A DNA stretch of 64,000 nucleotides, taken from IMG/VR virus record IMGVR_UViG_3300037067_027602, positions 64,001-128,000 of that record, one strand, 5' to 3'. The position numbers were made by a program, and so were the translations under genes. Shown here piece after piece: positions 48,344-56,029 of the stretch. This DNA comes from a virus (lineage: Duplodnaviria > Caudoviricetes). A model generated the notes under the pieces. It was not told where the DNA came from. It was given only the letters and a program-made list of their open reading frames with translations, and ran no database searches. The stretch's first letter is position 1. Every line of letters starts with the position of its first letter.

Positions 48344-48678
48344 CCCCTCGCCCCCGCCGGCCGGAGGTCGGGTACAGCGTGGAGCGTGCCCCTCACGATC
48401 CTCGACAGCCTGAACTGCCTCCAGCGCTTCGCCTTCTTGGGGCGTTTCCTGAGATAGGAGGACTTCGGCTCCAGCTTGGTGAGGATGTCCCTCTCCGCCT
48501 CCAGGGCGGCGTCCCTGCCCTCCACCAGGACCGAGCCGTCCTTGGCGCGCTTCATGTGGAAGTCCGTGAGCAGGACGGCCTGCGCCAGGAGCCCGCGCTC
48601 GCTAGACGGCGTCTCCGCCACGAAGCAGACCCCGACCCCGATCCTCGCGTAATGCCTCAACAATCTTTCCCTGGTCAT
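48340..48678 (-). CDS. Stand-alone WYL-like domain protein
   Basis: LVEGRD...WRQFRLSRI matches the WYL R.FR.DRI signature. Confidence 0.55.
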   Translation of the reverse strand: MTRERLLRHYARIGVGVCFVAETPSSERGLLAQAVLLTDFHMKRAKDGSVLVEGRDAALEAERDILTKLEPKSSYLRKRPKKAKRWRQFRLSRIVRGTLHAVPDLRPAGARG

Positions 48679-48691
48679 CTCAACATCCCTT

Positions 48692-49741
48692 TCAGCCTAT
48701 GATCCGGTATCCCGGATCGACATCGTAACCCTCCCCGGCCAGGTGAGCCCTGCCGGCGTCCGTGATGACCCTGCCCTGGGCCGTCCTCATAATGAACCCG
48801 AGCCTCGTCAGCCAGGGCTCCACCACCGTGTCCACCGTGCGCTTGTCGGCGTCCACGGCGCGGCAGGCGGCGTCCAGCCCGACCGGGCGCTCCGACCTGT
48901 GCAGGAAACGGAGATAGGCCTGGTCCTGGCGGGTCAGCCCGCGCCTGTCGACCCCCTCCAAGGAGAACATCTTCTCCACCGCCACGGAGTTGGCCGTCTT
49001 CCCGCACCCGTCCGGCCTCGCCACCGCCATGATCCTCGCCAAGGCCGGCAGGAAAGTGGCCACGGCCAGCCGCGGCACGCCCCTGCTCCTGGCCGCCAGC
49101 ATGGCGGGGACGCCGTCCGCCAGGGGTATGCCCATCTCCCTGGCGGCGTTGGAGACGATGGTCTCCATGTCGGCGTCGGAGTAGGCCTCGAACGTCAGCT
49201 TCTCCTGGAAGCGGTCGAGGAACGGCTTCGGGATCGACCCGGCGTAGTTCGTCGCCGCCACCATCGTGAAGTGCGGGAGCTTCACCGTCACCGTCTTGCT
49301 GCCGCCGTATGGGTTCATCTTCCTCATCGTGAGGACCCGGGACTCCAGGGCCGTGTGGAGCTGCTCCATCACGCCTTTGTCGAGCCTCTCGACCTCGTCA
49401 AGGAAGACTATGGGGAAACCGCAGCTCATCACCCCGGGCAGCCTCTCCATGTCGTCCCCATAGGCCTTGGCCGTGAGGGGGGCCATCCATTTGGCCATGT
49501 CCTCCATGAACTTGCAGGTCTTTATCGACGCCGCGTTGTAGGGAAAAAAACGGTTCTCCGTGGAATTGGACAATATCCTCGCCAGCGTGGTTTTCCCCAG
49601 CCCCGGCGGGCCGTCCATCAAAATGTGCGGCATGGGCGAGTCCATCAGAAGCGACGCCTTGATTATCAGCGACACCTTCTCCTTGAAATGGGACTGCCCG
49701 ACGAACCCGTCAAGAGTTTGCGGCCTGTAGGCTTCCATCAA
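48692..49741 (-). CDS. ruvB: Holliday junction branch migration ATPase RuvB
   Basis: RPQTLDGFVGQ, GPPGLGKTTLA, FLDEV.RL, FTMVAAT, DRF, RSRGVPR and VEPWL..GFI.RT..GR. Confidence 0.92.
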   Translation of the reverse strand: MMEAYRPQTLDGFVGQSHFKEKVSLIIKASLLMDSPMPHILMDGPPGLGKTTLARILSNSTENRFFPYNAASIKTCKFMEDMAKWMAPLTAKAYGDDMERLPGVMSCGFPIVFLDEVERLDKGVMEQLHTALESRVLTMRKMNPYGGSKTVTVKLPHFTMVAATNYAGSIPKPFLDRFQEKLTFEAYSDADMETIVSNAAREMGIPLADGVPAMLAARSRGVPRLAVATFLPALARIMAVARPDGCGKTANSVAVEKMFSLEGVDRRGLTRQDQAYLRFLHRSERPVGLDAACRAVDADKRTVDTVVEPWLTRLGFIMRTAQGRVITDAGRAHLAGEGYDVDPGYRIIG

Positions 49742-50444
49742 ACACCTCTTTTCCTTTTTTGTTTCTGCCGTCCGGGGGGAAGTGGTACATCCACTGGTGC
49801 CCCATCGCTGCTATCCTGTCCATCACCTCGTCCGCCGTCCCCCCGCCCACCACCTCTAGGTGGCGCCTGGCGAGGATATGGAGGAACTGGTGGCCTTTCC
49901 TGGGGGAAACCGACGCCTTCGACCCGGCCATCACCAGCCGGATCACGCCTTTCCCCCCGCCGATGTCGGCCATGAACTCGTCATGGCAATCCCCGCCGGC
50001 CCCGTGGAGGAAGTACTCCCTCAGGTGCCAGATCTCGTGGAAGGCCATGTACTCCGGCGGGAACTGCTGCCCCCCGGAAAACCAGGAGTCGCCGGCCACC
50101 AAGAATTTCCTCCACCCCCGGGAGAGGGACCCGGAGGTCATCCCGAAAGAGGAGAACAGGCACAACGCCCTGGGGTTGGCCCTCGTCCACGAGGCCACTT
50201 TCTCCGCCATGGCGGGGATGGAGACGTCGAAAGTCGCCAGCAAGGCGGACTCCGCCGTGCGGTGGACCTCCACAAGGGGCGCCGCTAGGGTCTCATCGAG
50301 GGTCATCGCCCTGGACACGGGCCTCAGAGCCTTCGTCCATAGCTTCCTCGCCCTCCTGGACACCCCCTCGGCCACGAGCATCCTCATGGGGGAGCCCTCC
50401 ATGGGCGGTGGCAGCTCCACTTCGTCAAATTTCAGGTCATCCAC
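49710..50444 (-). CDS. Zincin-like metallopeptidase (HExxH)
   Basis: MAFHEIWH...DEFMAD (HExxH plus ExxAD); overlaps the RT stop by 8 nt. Confidence 0.6.
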   Translation of the reverse strand: MDDLKFDEVELPPPMEGSPMRMLVAEGVSRRARKLWTKALRPVSRAMTLDETLAAPLVEVHRTAESALLATFDVSIPAMAEKVASWTRANPRALCLFSSFGMTSGSLSRGWRKFLVAGDSWFSGGQQFPPEYMAFHEIWHLREYFLHGAGGDCHDEFMADIGGGKGVIRLVMAGSKASVSPRKGHQFLHILARRHLEVVGGGTADEVMDRIAAMGHQWMYHFPPDGRNKKGKEVFDGSLQAANS

Positions 50445-51591
50445 GGCGCGCCTCCTTCAACTCCGCGAGTTTTCGTTTGAACCACGACCCCTGGGCCTTG
50501 TCGGCCCCGTCGATGTAGGCGACCTCCCCGGACAGCTTCATCATGTCCCCGCCACCTTTGGTGATGGCGTTGTGGAGGGCGGCCCTGATTTTGCGCCTCC
50601 GCCACTTCGGGACGGTCGCCCGCCCCTTCTCCACCACGCTCAGCCCGACGACCCGCTGGGCGCCGCCCCTGGCCATGACGGTGGTCTTCTTGCGGTTGAC
50701 CACCAGACCGTGCCGTGAGGCCAGCCCCCCCGCCACGCCCATCAGCTTGCCGCATTCCTTCCAGTCCCATGACATCGTGATGTCGTCGGCGTACCTGGTG
50801 TAGGACGCGTCCAGCCTAATCGCAGCCCTGGACAGATTCTCGTCGAAGGCGTACATGGCGAGGTTGGAGAGGGCCGGGCTCGCCGGGCTCCCCTGAGGCA
50901 GCCGGCCGTCGAGGAGGCAGAGCTCCAGCGCGGCGCCGATCCATTTGACGTTGGAGGCGTCGACGCAGCGCCAAAGGCCGCGCCACACCATCCTCCTGGA
51001 GACTGACGGGAAGAAATCCTTGAGGTCCATCTTGACGACCGTCCTTTTCCCGGCGTGGGGGACGGCGCAAGTCCTCGTCGACCTCCCGGGAACGAAGCCG
51101 TGGGCCGCCTCGTGGGGGATGGACTTATGGTAGACTACCATGTCGAGGAACTTCCTCTGGAACTCCGCCAGCGGCTTGCACGGGGCCTCGACCGTCCGCC
51201 TGCCGCCGGACTTCTTGGGGATGGTGAATACCCTGTACGCTTTCCTTCCCGACTCCAGCAGGGATCCGAGAACAAGCGGGCACATGTCGAACGCCCTGGC
51301 CAGGGAATTCAGGTCGTGCGGGCGGGACACTTTCACCAGGCATGCCTCCGGCGGCAAGTCCATGTCGTAGTCCAGAACGCCGGCCAGCCCCAGGCGAATC
51401 AACTCGGCGTAGCCGCGGTTCGGGATCATCATCCCGCCGGGGAGGCCGGACAGGATCTCCCCCATCCCATGGCCGCCGGCCGGGGCGGGATCCGAGGGGC
51501 AAGCCCCCATGAACAAGTGGATGTAATCCTCCACGAAACCTAGCTCCCTCATCAACGCCGCCCTGGCCCTGTCATCAGTTCTTGAACTCAT
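50437..51591 (-). CDS. Retron-type reverse transcriptase
   Basis: YRVFTIPKKSGGRR.VEAP, AHGFVPGRS, CAVPH (NAxxH position), DLKDFFPS, LPQGSPASP.LSN, YTRYADD, VNRKKT and QRVVGL (VTG position); short retron-like thumb, no maturase/endonuclease extension. Confidence 0.9.
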   Translation of the reverse strand: MSSRTDDRARAALMRELGFVEDYIHLFMGACPSDPAPAGGHGMGEILSGLPGGMMIPNRGYAELIRLGLAGVLDYDMDLPPEACLVKVSRPHDLNSLARAFDMCPLVLGSLLESGRKAYRVFTIPKKSGGRRTVEAPCKPLAEFQRKFLDMVVYHKSIPHEAAHGFVPGRSTRTCAVPHAGKRTVVKMDLKDFFPSVSRRMVWRGLWRCVDASNVKWIGAALELCLLDGRLPQGSPASPALSNLAMYAFDENLSRAAIRLDASYTRYADDITMSWDWKECGKLMGVAGGLASRHGLVVNRKKTTVMARGGAQRVVGLSVVEKGRATVPKWRRRKIRAALHNAITKGGGDMMKLSGEVAYIDGADKAQGSWFKRKLAELKEARRG

Positions 51592-51919
51592 CCAGCACCT
51601 CCTCGACGCTCATTCCGACGAAATACTTGTCAAGCAGCCCGGGCACGTCCACGAACTCCAGCCCCGCCTCCCTGGCGAGCCTGTCCAGCTCCTTGTCCGG
51701 ATTGTCCGCCCATTCCGGCGGGAGCGTCCCGCCGTCGGGGAGCTTCCTCGTCCGCCGCTCGTTCGACTCCTGCATCAGGCGGAACTTCAACCGCGTCGAA
51801 TACTCCCTCCAATTCTCGCCCGGCAACGGCGGCACCCGTCTGAACCAGAACCTGTCCCCGCCGGGGAGCACCCTGACGGCGTAATCCGCCGGACGGCCGC
51901 CGGCGGACGTCACCGACAC
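51575..51919 (-). CDS. Hypothetical protein overlapping the RT start (5' end uncertain)
   Basis: Phage-like codon usage; 17-nt overlap with the RT. Confidence 0.55.
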   Translation of the reverse strand: MSVTSAGGRPADYAVRVLPGGDRFWFRRVPPLPGENWREYSTRLKFRLMQESNERRTRKLPDGGTLPPEWADNPDKELDRLAREAGLEFVDVPGLLDKYFVGMSVEEVLDEFKN

Positions 51920-51929
51920 CCATGCAGGA

Positions 51930-52145
51930 ACGGGCTCCTCCGCTAGTGTAGCCCAAAGCTTGTCGGAGAGTCCAGAATCCGCAATATGATCCCTTCCCGG
52001 GCTGGTATATCTTCGCCATAGCGAATTCCCGGGGAACGTTACTGTCGTCCGTGGCGACCGCCACGATGACTCTGGTTAAATTCTTCCTATTGATGTTTTT
52101 GGGATCGACCCTCCCATATTTCCCGTTCCAAGTAGCTTTCATCAA
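51930..52145 (-). pseudogene. Probable truncated early gene (5' part)
   Basis: MKATWNGK...YCGFW...YTSGG is protein-like and AT-richer, then continues as out-of-frame Arg/Gly-rich sequence over the next gene. Confidence 0.4.
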
Positions 52146-52636
52146 ACAGCCCTCCTTTCTTCAAATTCCAGTTTCCTCGCGTCCAGGCAGAACATGTCCT
52201 GGCAGACGTAGCCTTTCTCCTCGAAATACAGGAACGAGGGAGGGGTGTTCCCCTTGAACTCGTTCCTGAAACCCTCCAGGCACGGCCCTTTGAACAGGGG
52301 ATAGCCGCCGTAGGCCCTGGAGAAAGGGTAGCCGTCCATCGCCCAGCCCGTGCCGTCCAGACGGACGACCTCGAAGCCCTCGACCGTTTGGAGCTTCTCC
52401 GCGAAGTAGGACGCCTCGACGCCCCAACGGTTGACGATCTCGACCGCTTCGTCGACCTTGGGGAGGCAAGCCTCGGAGATGTCCATGAAAAAGTTGGGGG
52501 CGACGGGGCACAACCCCTCGTCCAGCATGGACTCCCGGTCGTAATAGGCCATGCGGTTCCACGCGAAGCCGCCGCAATCCATGTCGGGGCGGGCCCTCGC
52601 CAGCCTGTCGTTGTAGTAGTGTTTGAAGAAACGCAT
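52142..52636 (-). CDS. Hypothetical protein
   Basis: 164 aa, coupled to neighbours. Confidence 0.65.
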   Translation of the reverse strand: MRFFKHYYNDRLARARPDMDCGGFAWNRMAYYDRESMLDEGLCPVAPNFFMDISEACLPKVDEAVEIVNRWGVEASYFAEKLQTVEGFEVVRLDGTGWAMDGYPFSRAYGGYPLFKGPCLEGFRNEFKGNTPPSFLYFEEKGYVCQDMFCLDARKLEFEERRAV

Positions 52637-52639
52637 GGC

Positions 52640-53716
52640 CTAGCCTTTCCTTATTTTTTCGAGGATAATCTTAATCGCGTCAATATAGACGCCAGCGTCC
52701 TCCAACGGGTTGTGGTTGCCACCGGACGCGAAGAATTCCCCGCCCCAAGAAATCATGGCGTCCGGGGTCAACCCGCAGGAGACGTAGCTAGGGTAGAGGA
52801 CGACCCCTTTCCCCTGTCCCCAATGCTGCAGGTCCGCGCCCTCATGCTGGCGGTCCTTCTCCGATATGCAAGGGCGTCCACCCTCGCCTTTCCCCCAAAT
52901 AGGCGAGTCGAGGGGAGGGGCTTCCTTTTGTAGCTCCCCCGCCAGCCGCATCAACTCCCCGGCCTTCTCCGGGGTGAGATCGTAAACAGGCATGATCGAC
53001 TTCCTTTTCCTCGCGTTTTTGCGGAGCTGCCCAACTAGCTTTTTGGAGACGGTGACGATCTCTTTCCATGGAAGGCCGACGGACAGGCTGGGGGTCTTCA
53101 GGATCTCCAACTCCTCCCTGGACGGGGCGTCCACCCGCATGCCGTCGACGACGATCTGCTTTGAGTAGGACGGGGACTCATCCCCGAACGAGCCGATCGT
53201 GGCGTGGATCCCGTCGAGGTTGATCTCGTCCCCTTTGTCCGTGGGCGAGTGGAAGGCGGGCATGGATGCGTGGGAGTGGACGCTGCCCGCCACCATGGAG
53301 CCCTCCGGCATCCCTCCGATGGCGGTGCTTCTCCTTGACCATACCCCGTTCATCACCAAAATGGACGGGAGGGACAGGTCATAGCTAGCGGACGCCGGCG
53401 TCACCACCTGCCTGGGGACGACATATGACCAATCGCCGTCCTCCGTCACCCTCAAAACCACCACGCACTCGCACCCCAGGTCGCGGTGGACCTCCCTGAA
53501 CAGGGACATCACGCTCCTGAGCAGCCAGCCCGGGAGGGAGATGCCGGGGCCGGGCTTGACGGAGGGCATGGCCTCGAAGCGCGGGGCGGCCGGGACGACC
53601 GCCTCGAACAGCCTCGTCACACGCTTGACGAAAGTGCCGTTTCCGGCCACCAGGGGAACGCCGGCCGGGGCGGCGTCCAAAGCCGCCTGGTCGGGGATGT
53701 AAATAGGCTCCCGCAT
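52640..53716 (-). CDS. JAB/MPN deubiquitinase-like protein (PRTRC protein A-like) with C-terminal extension
   Basis: E...P.Q.V...GSVHSHASMPAFHSPTDKGDE (HxH-x7-S-x2-D), GIHATIG; N-terminal LVAGNG.F. Confidence 0.85.
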   Translation of the reverse strand: MREPIYIPDQAALDAAPAGVPLVAGNGTFVKRVTRLFEAVVPAAPRFEAMPSVKPGPGISLPGWLLRSVMSLFREVHRDLGCECVVVLRVTEDGDWSYVVPRQVVTPASASYDLSLPSILVMNGVWSRRSTAIGGMPEGSMVAGSVHSHASMPAFHSPTDKGDEINLDGIHATIGSFGDESPSYSKQIVVDGMRVDAPSREELEILKTPSLSVGLPWKEIVTVSKKLVGQLRKNARKRKSIMPVYDLTPEKAGELMRLAGELQKEAPPLDSPIWGKGEGGRPCISEKDRQHEGADLQHWGQGKGVVLYPSYVSCGLTPDAMISWGGEFFASGGNHNPLEDAGVYIDAIKIILEKIRKG

Positions 53717-53746
53717 TTGGGGCCTCCTGTTTTAAAGGGGTGGAGA

Positions 53747-54316
53747 TTAGAGGGAGACGCACCGCGGCTCGTTGGCGGCCGTGGCCGGTTTGCCGAACTT
53801 CTGGGGGTACTTGGCCACGAGCCCGGCGAAGGACGCCAGGCGCTCGTACTTGACGCCAAGGGCGAACAAGGGGTTGGCGGCCGAGGCTTTCTCCCACTCG
53901 GCCAGGTCTTTCATCCTGGGGTCTAGCCCGGTCTTGCTGAGGTCGTTGTTGAAGGCGGACTCAAGGAACCTGCCGGGGATCAGCCCGGCGGACTCCCACA
54001 CCTTCTCGCTCAGCTTCCCCCGGGACTCGACCTGCCCGAAGCAGATCCTGCCGTCGTGATGGACGTTCGGGAGCGGCGGGAGGAAGAGATCGTCGGCCCC
54101 GGACTCCAGGGGCTCGACCGTGCATGTGACATGGACGGGGTCCAAGACCCCGCTTTCCCCGACGGGGACGAAGAACTGGAGAAAGGGGAAAGACAGTTTG
54201 AACCGCCGCGCCCCTTGCGTTATGACCACGTTCCTCGGCCTCCGCTCGATGACGAAGAGGACCGCGCCGCCCCCCTCAAGGGAGAAGGCGCAGTCGACGG
54301 GCAGCCGATCGAACAC
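53747..54316 (-). CDS. Prokaryotic E2-like protein (PRTRC protein B-like)
   Basis: LSFP.L.F, PLPNVHHDGRICFG (catalytic Cys position), F.ESAFN.DL. Confidence 0.8.
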   Translation of the reverse strand: MFDRLPVDCAFSLEGGGAVLFVIERRPRNVVITQGARRFKLSFPFLQFFVPVGESGVLDPVHVTCTVEPLESGADDLFLPPLPNVHHDGRICFGQVESRGKLSEKVWESAGLIPGRFLESAFNNDLSKTGLDPRMKDLAEWEKASAANPLFALGVKYERLASFAGLVAKYPQKFGKPATAANEPRCVSL

Positions 54317-54319
54317 GGC

Positions 54320-54706
54320 TCAGCCCTTGACGCCGGAGACCTTGACGAACTCCAGGAGATCGCCGCCCTTGAGGATGTAGTCCTCCCCCACTTGCATGGG
54401 CTCCATGCCCAGGCTTGGGTTGGAGACCATCGTCACCTCGCCACCGTAGCAGCCGACGGACTCGCGGACGGCGGGGTCGTTGGCCAGGGAGGAGACCGTC
54501 CTACCGACAAGCCCGTTGTCCTTGAGCTTGTTGGTCGCGCATTGGACGGTGGCCCACTCCGGCTCGGGGCCGGCGGCGACCTCCGGGCGCGCCAAGCGGG
54601 CGGACTCCGCCGCGCGCACCGCGTCCATGATGCTTTCGACCCTCTCACGCTCCTCGTTCTCGTCCTGCTCGTGCCCCAGATACAGATCCTGTTCCTCGCT
54701 CATCAT
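54320..54706 (-). CDS. Ubiquitin-like (beta-grasp) protein with acidic N-terminal extension
   Basis: C-terminal DYILKGGDLLEFVKVSGVKG* ends in Gly as in PRTRC-type Ubls; start trimmed to MMSEEQ. Confidence 0.8.
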   Translation of the reverse strand: MMSEEQDLYLGHEQDENEERERVESIMDAVRAAESARLARPEVAAGPEPEWATVQCATNKLKDNGLVGRTVSSLANDPAVRESVGCYGGEVTMVSNPSLGMEPMQVGEDYILKGGDLLEFVKVSGVKG

Positions 54707-54725
54707 CGTTCCCTTTTCCTTTTTC

Positions 54726-54748
54726 GCCGGCGGAACCATTCCGCCGGC
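54726..54748. other. Perfect 10-bp hairpin upstream of the Ubl RBS
   Basis: gccggcggaa-cca-ttccgccggc; no U-tract follows it on either strand. Confidence 0.6.
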
Positions 54749-54750
54749 CC

Positions 54751-54957
54751 TCAAACCTTTTTCCCGACGACCACGTCGGCCGCGGGAAAGTGCCTCAACT
54801 TCAGAACTTTTCCCCGGCGCCACAACAATAGCACGCGGCGCCCGTCTTTGTCAAGCCTTGGAAGAGCGTCCGTGTACCATGTCCTCCGCCTTCCCTCCTT
54901 CGTGTACATGTCGCAATCCACACCGATGTCGAGGAACGCCTTGAACGGGTGGCGCAT
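54751..54957 (-). CDS. Small basic hypothetical protein
   Basis: MRHPFKAFLDIG... 68 aa. Confidence 0.5.
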   Translation of the reverse strand: MRHPFKAFLDIGVDCDMYTKEGRRRTWYTDALPRLDKDGRRVLLLWRRGKVLKLRHFPAADVVVGKKV

Positions 54958-54976
54958 GGCGTCCGGGAGCTTGCCC

Positions 54977-55885
54977 CTAGACATCGGCGGACACCATCCC
55001 GGAGGCTTCGCGCAACATCCTTTTGTCGGACTCATGCAACCCCAACAGGAAGTTCTCCCACCAGATCCTCTGCCGCCCATGGACAAAGGGCAGGACATCG
55101 TCCGGATCCAAGGGATAACGCTTGTCGGCCATCTCCCGCAGGACGTCTATCTCCGCGTCGCAGCCACAGACCAACCTCGCCAGCCTCTTGGAGCCATGGC
55201 CGTCCCCGTCGAGGCTCTCCATGGCGGAATGGATTAGCATCGCGTTCTCCTCCATGAACGCGGAAACTTCCGGATTGGTGAAGTCCCGCTCCTCGAAGGC
55301 CTTGTTGGCGGCGCCCGCGATCGCCGGCCACTCCTCCGCCTTCCTGGACGGGGAGTCAATCCCCGGTTGTTTTTTCCTCATCCAGTCCCGGAAAATCCCG
55401 CCCAGGTTCGAGAGCTCCTGCGCGCCGTCGATGGCGTAGACGAAGCCCTTGTCCACGGCGGCGGGCTCCTTGGCGGGAGGCGGGACGGGGCCGCAGACTT
55501 TCTCCATGGCGATAGGCTCTGTCTCGGCGAGGCCGCCCTTCGGGGTGACGACCGCCACGAAGAAGGTCTCCGCGAGGCAGACCGCCACCGCGGAGGCCAC
55601 CGCCTCGTCGCCGTCGAAGACGACGCCGACCTCCCTGATCTCCGGGACGGGGTCGCCGTCGAGGACGGGCTCCAGGCCGAACTCCGCCGGGTCGCAGGCC
55701 TTGAGGTTGACGGTCCCTTTGGGAAGGACGACGCCCATGGACTCCAGGGAGGGGCAGGAGATCTTCGCCGCGGCGAACGCCGCCCGGGCGGAGGACAGCA
55801 GCTTCTTGACGTCGGGGGTGATCTCCACCTGGACGACGTACTCATGGTCTTCGACCAGAGAGGGAGAGACAAAATATTTACCCAT
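54977..55885 (-). CDS. Hypothetical two-domain protein
   Basis: 302 aa; first gene after the ncRNA pair; N-domain resembles 56784-57200. Confidence 0.7.
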   Translation of the reverse strand: MGKYFVSPSLVEDHEYVVQVEITPDVKKLLSSARAAFAAAKISCPSLESMGVVLPKGTVNLKACDPAEFGLEPVLDGDPVPEIREVGVVFDGDEAVASAVAVCLAETFFVAVVTPKGGLAETEPIAMEKVCGPVPPPAKEPAAVDKGFVYAIDGAQELSNLGGIFRDWMRKKQPGIDSPSRKAEEWPAIAGAANKAFEERDFTNPEVSAFMEENAMLIHSAMESLDGDGHGSKRLARLVCGCDAEIDVLREMADKRYPLDPDDVLPFVHGRQRIWWENFLLGLHESDKRMLREASGMVSADV

Positions 55886-55912
55886 GATAAACCTTCGTTT
55901 TTGGGGTGGAAA

Positions 55913-56020
55913 GGCCTCCTCCGGGCACTGATCGAAGAACCTGTTCTTCGATACCCTCCAACCAGGACAACCGTCCCGGATCCAGGGCGCTCCGCCCCGT
56001 GTAGCTGCCCGGAGGAGACC
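55913..56020 (-). ncRNA. Retron-like msr-msd ncRNA, unit B (short msd)
   Basis: 12-bp perfect a1/a2 repeat (55916-55927 / 56006-56017), unpaired G in AGC right after the arm, two msr hairpins, UGGAGG, 10-bp msd hairpin 55931-55952. Confidence 0.7.
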
Positions 56021-56029
56021 AAAAAAGAA

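Noticed and set aside
50437-51591. RT as a DGR or group II intron RT
   Set aside because: Motifs are retron-type; there is no maturase/endonuclease extension, and I saw no TR/VR repeat pair or avd gene.
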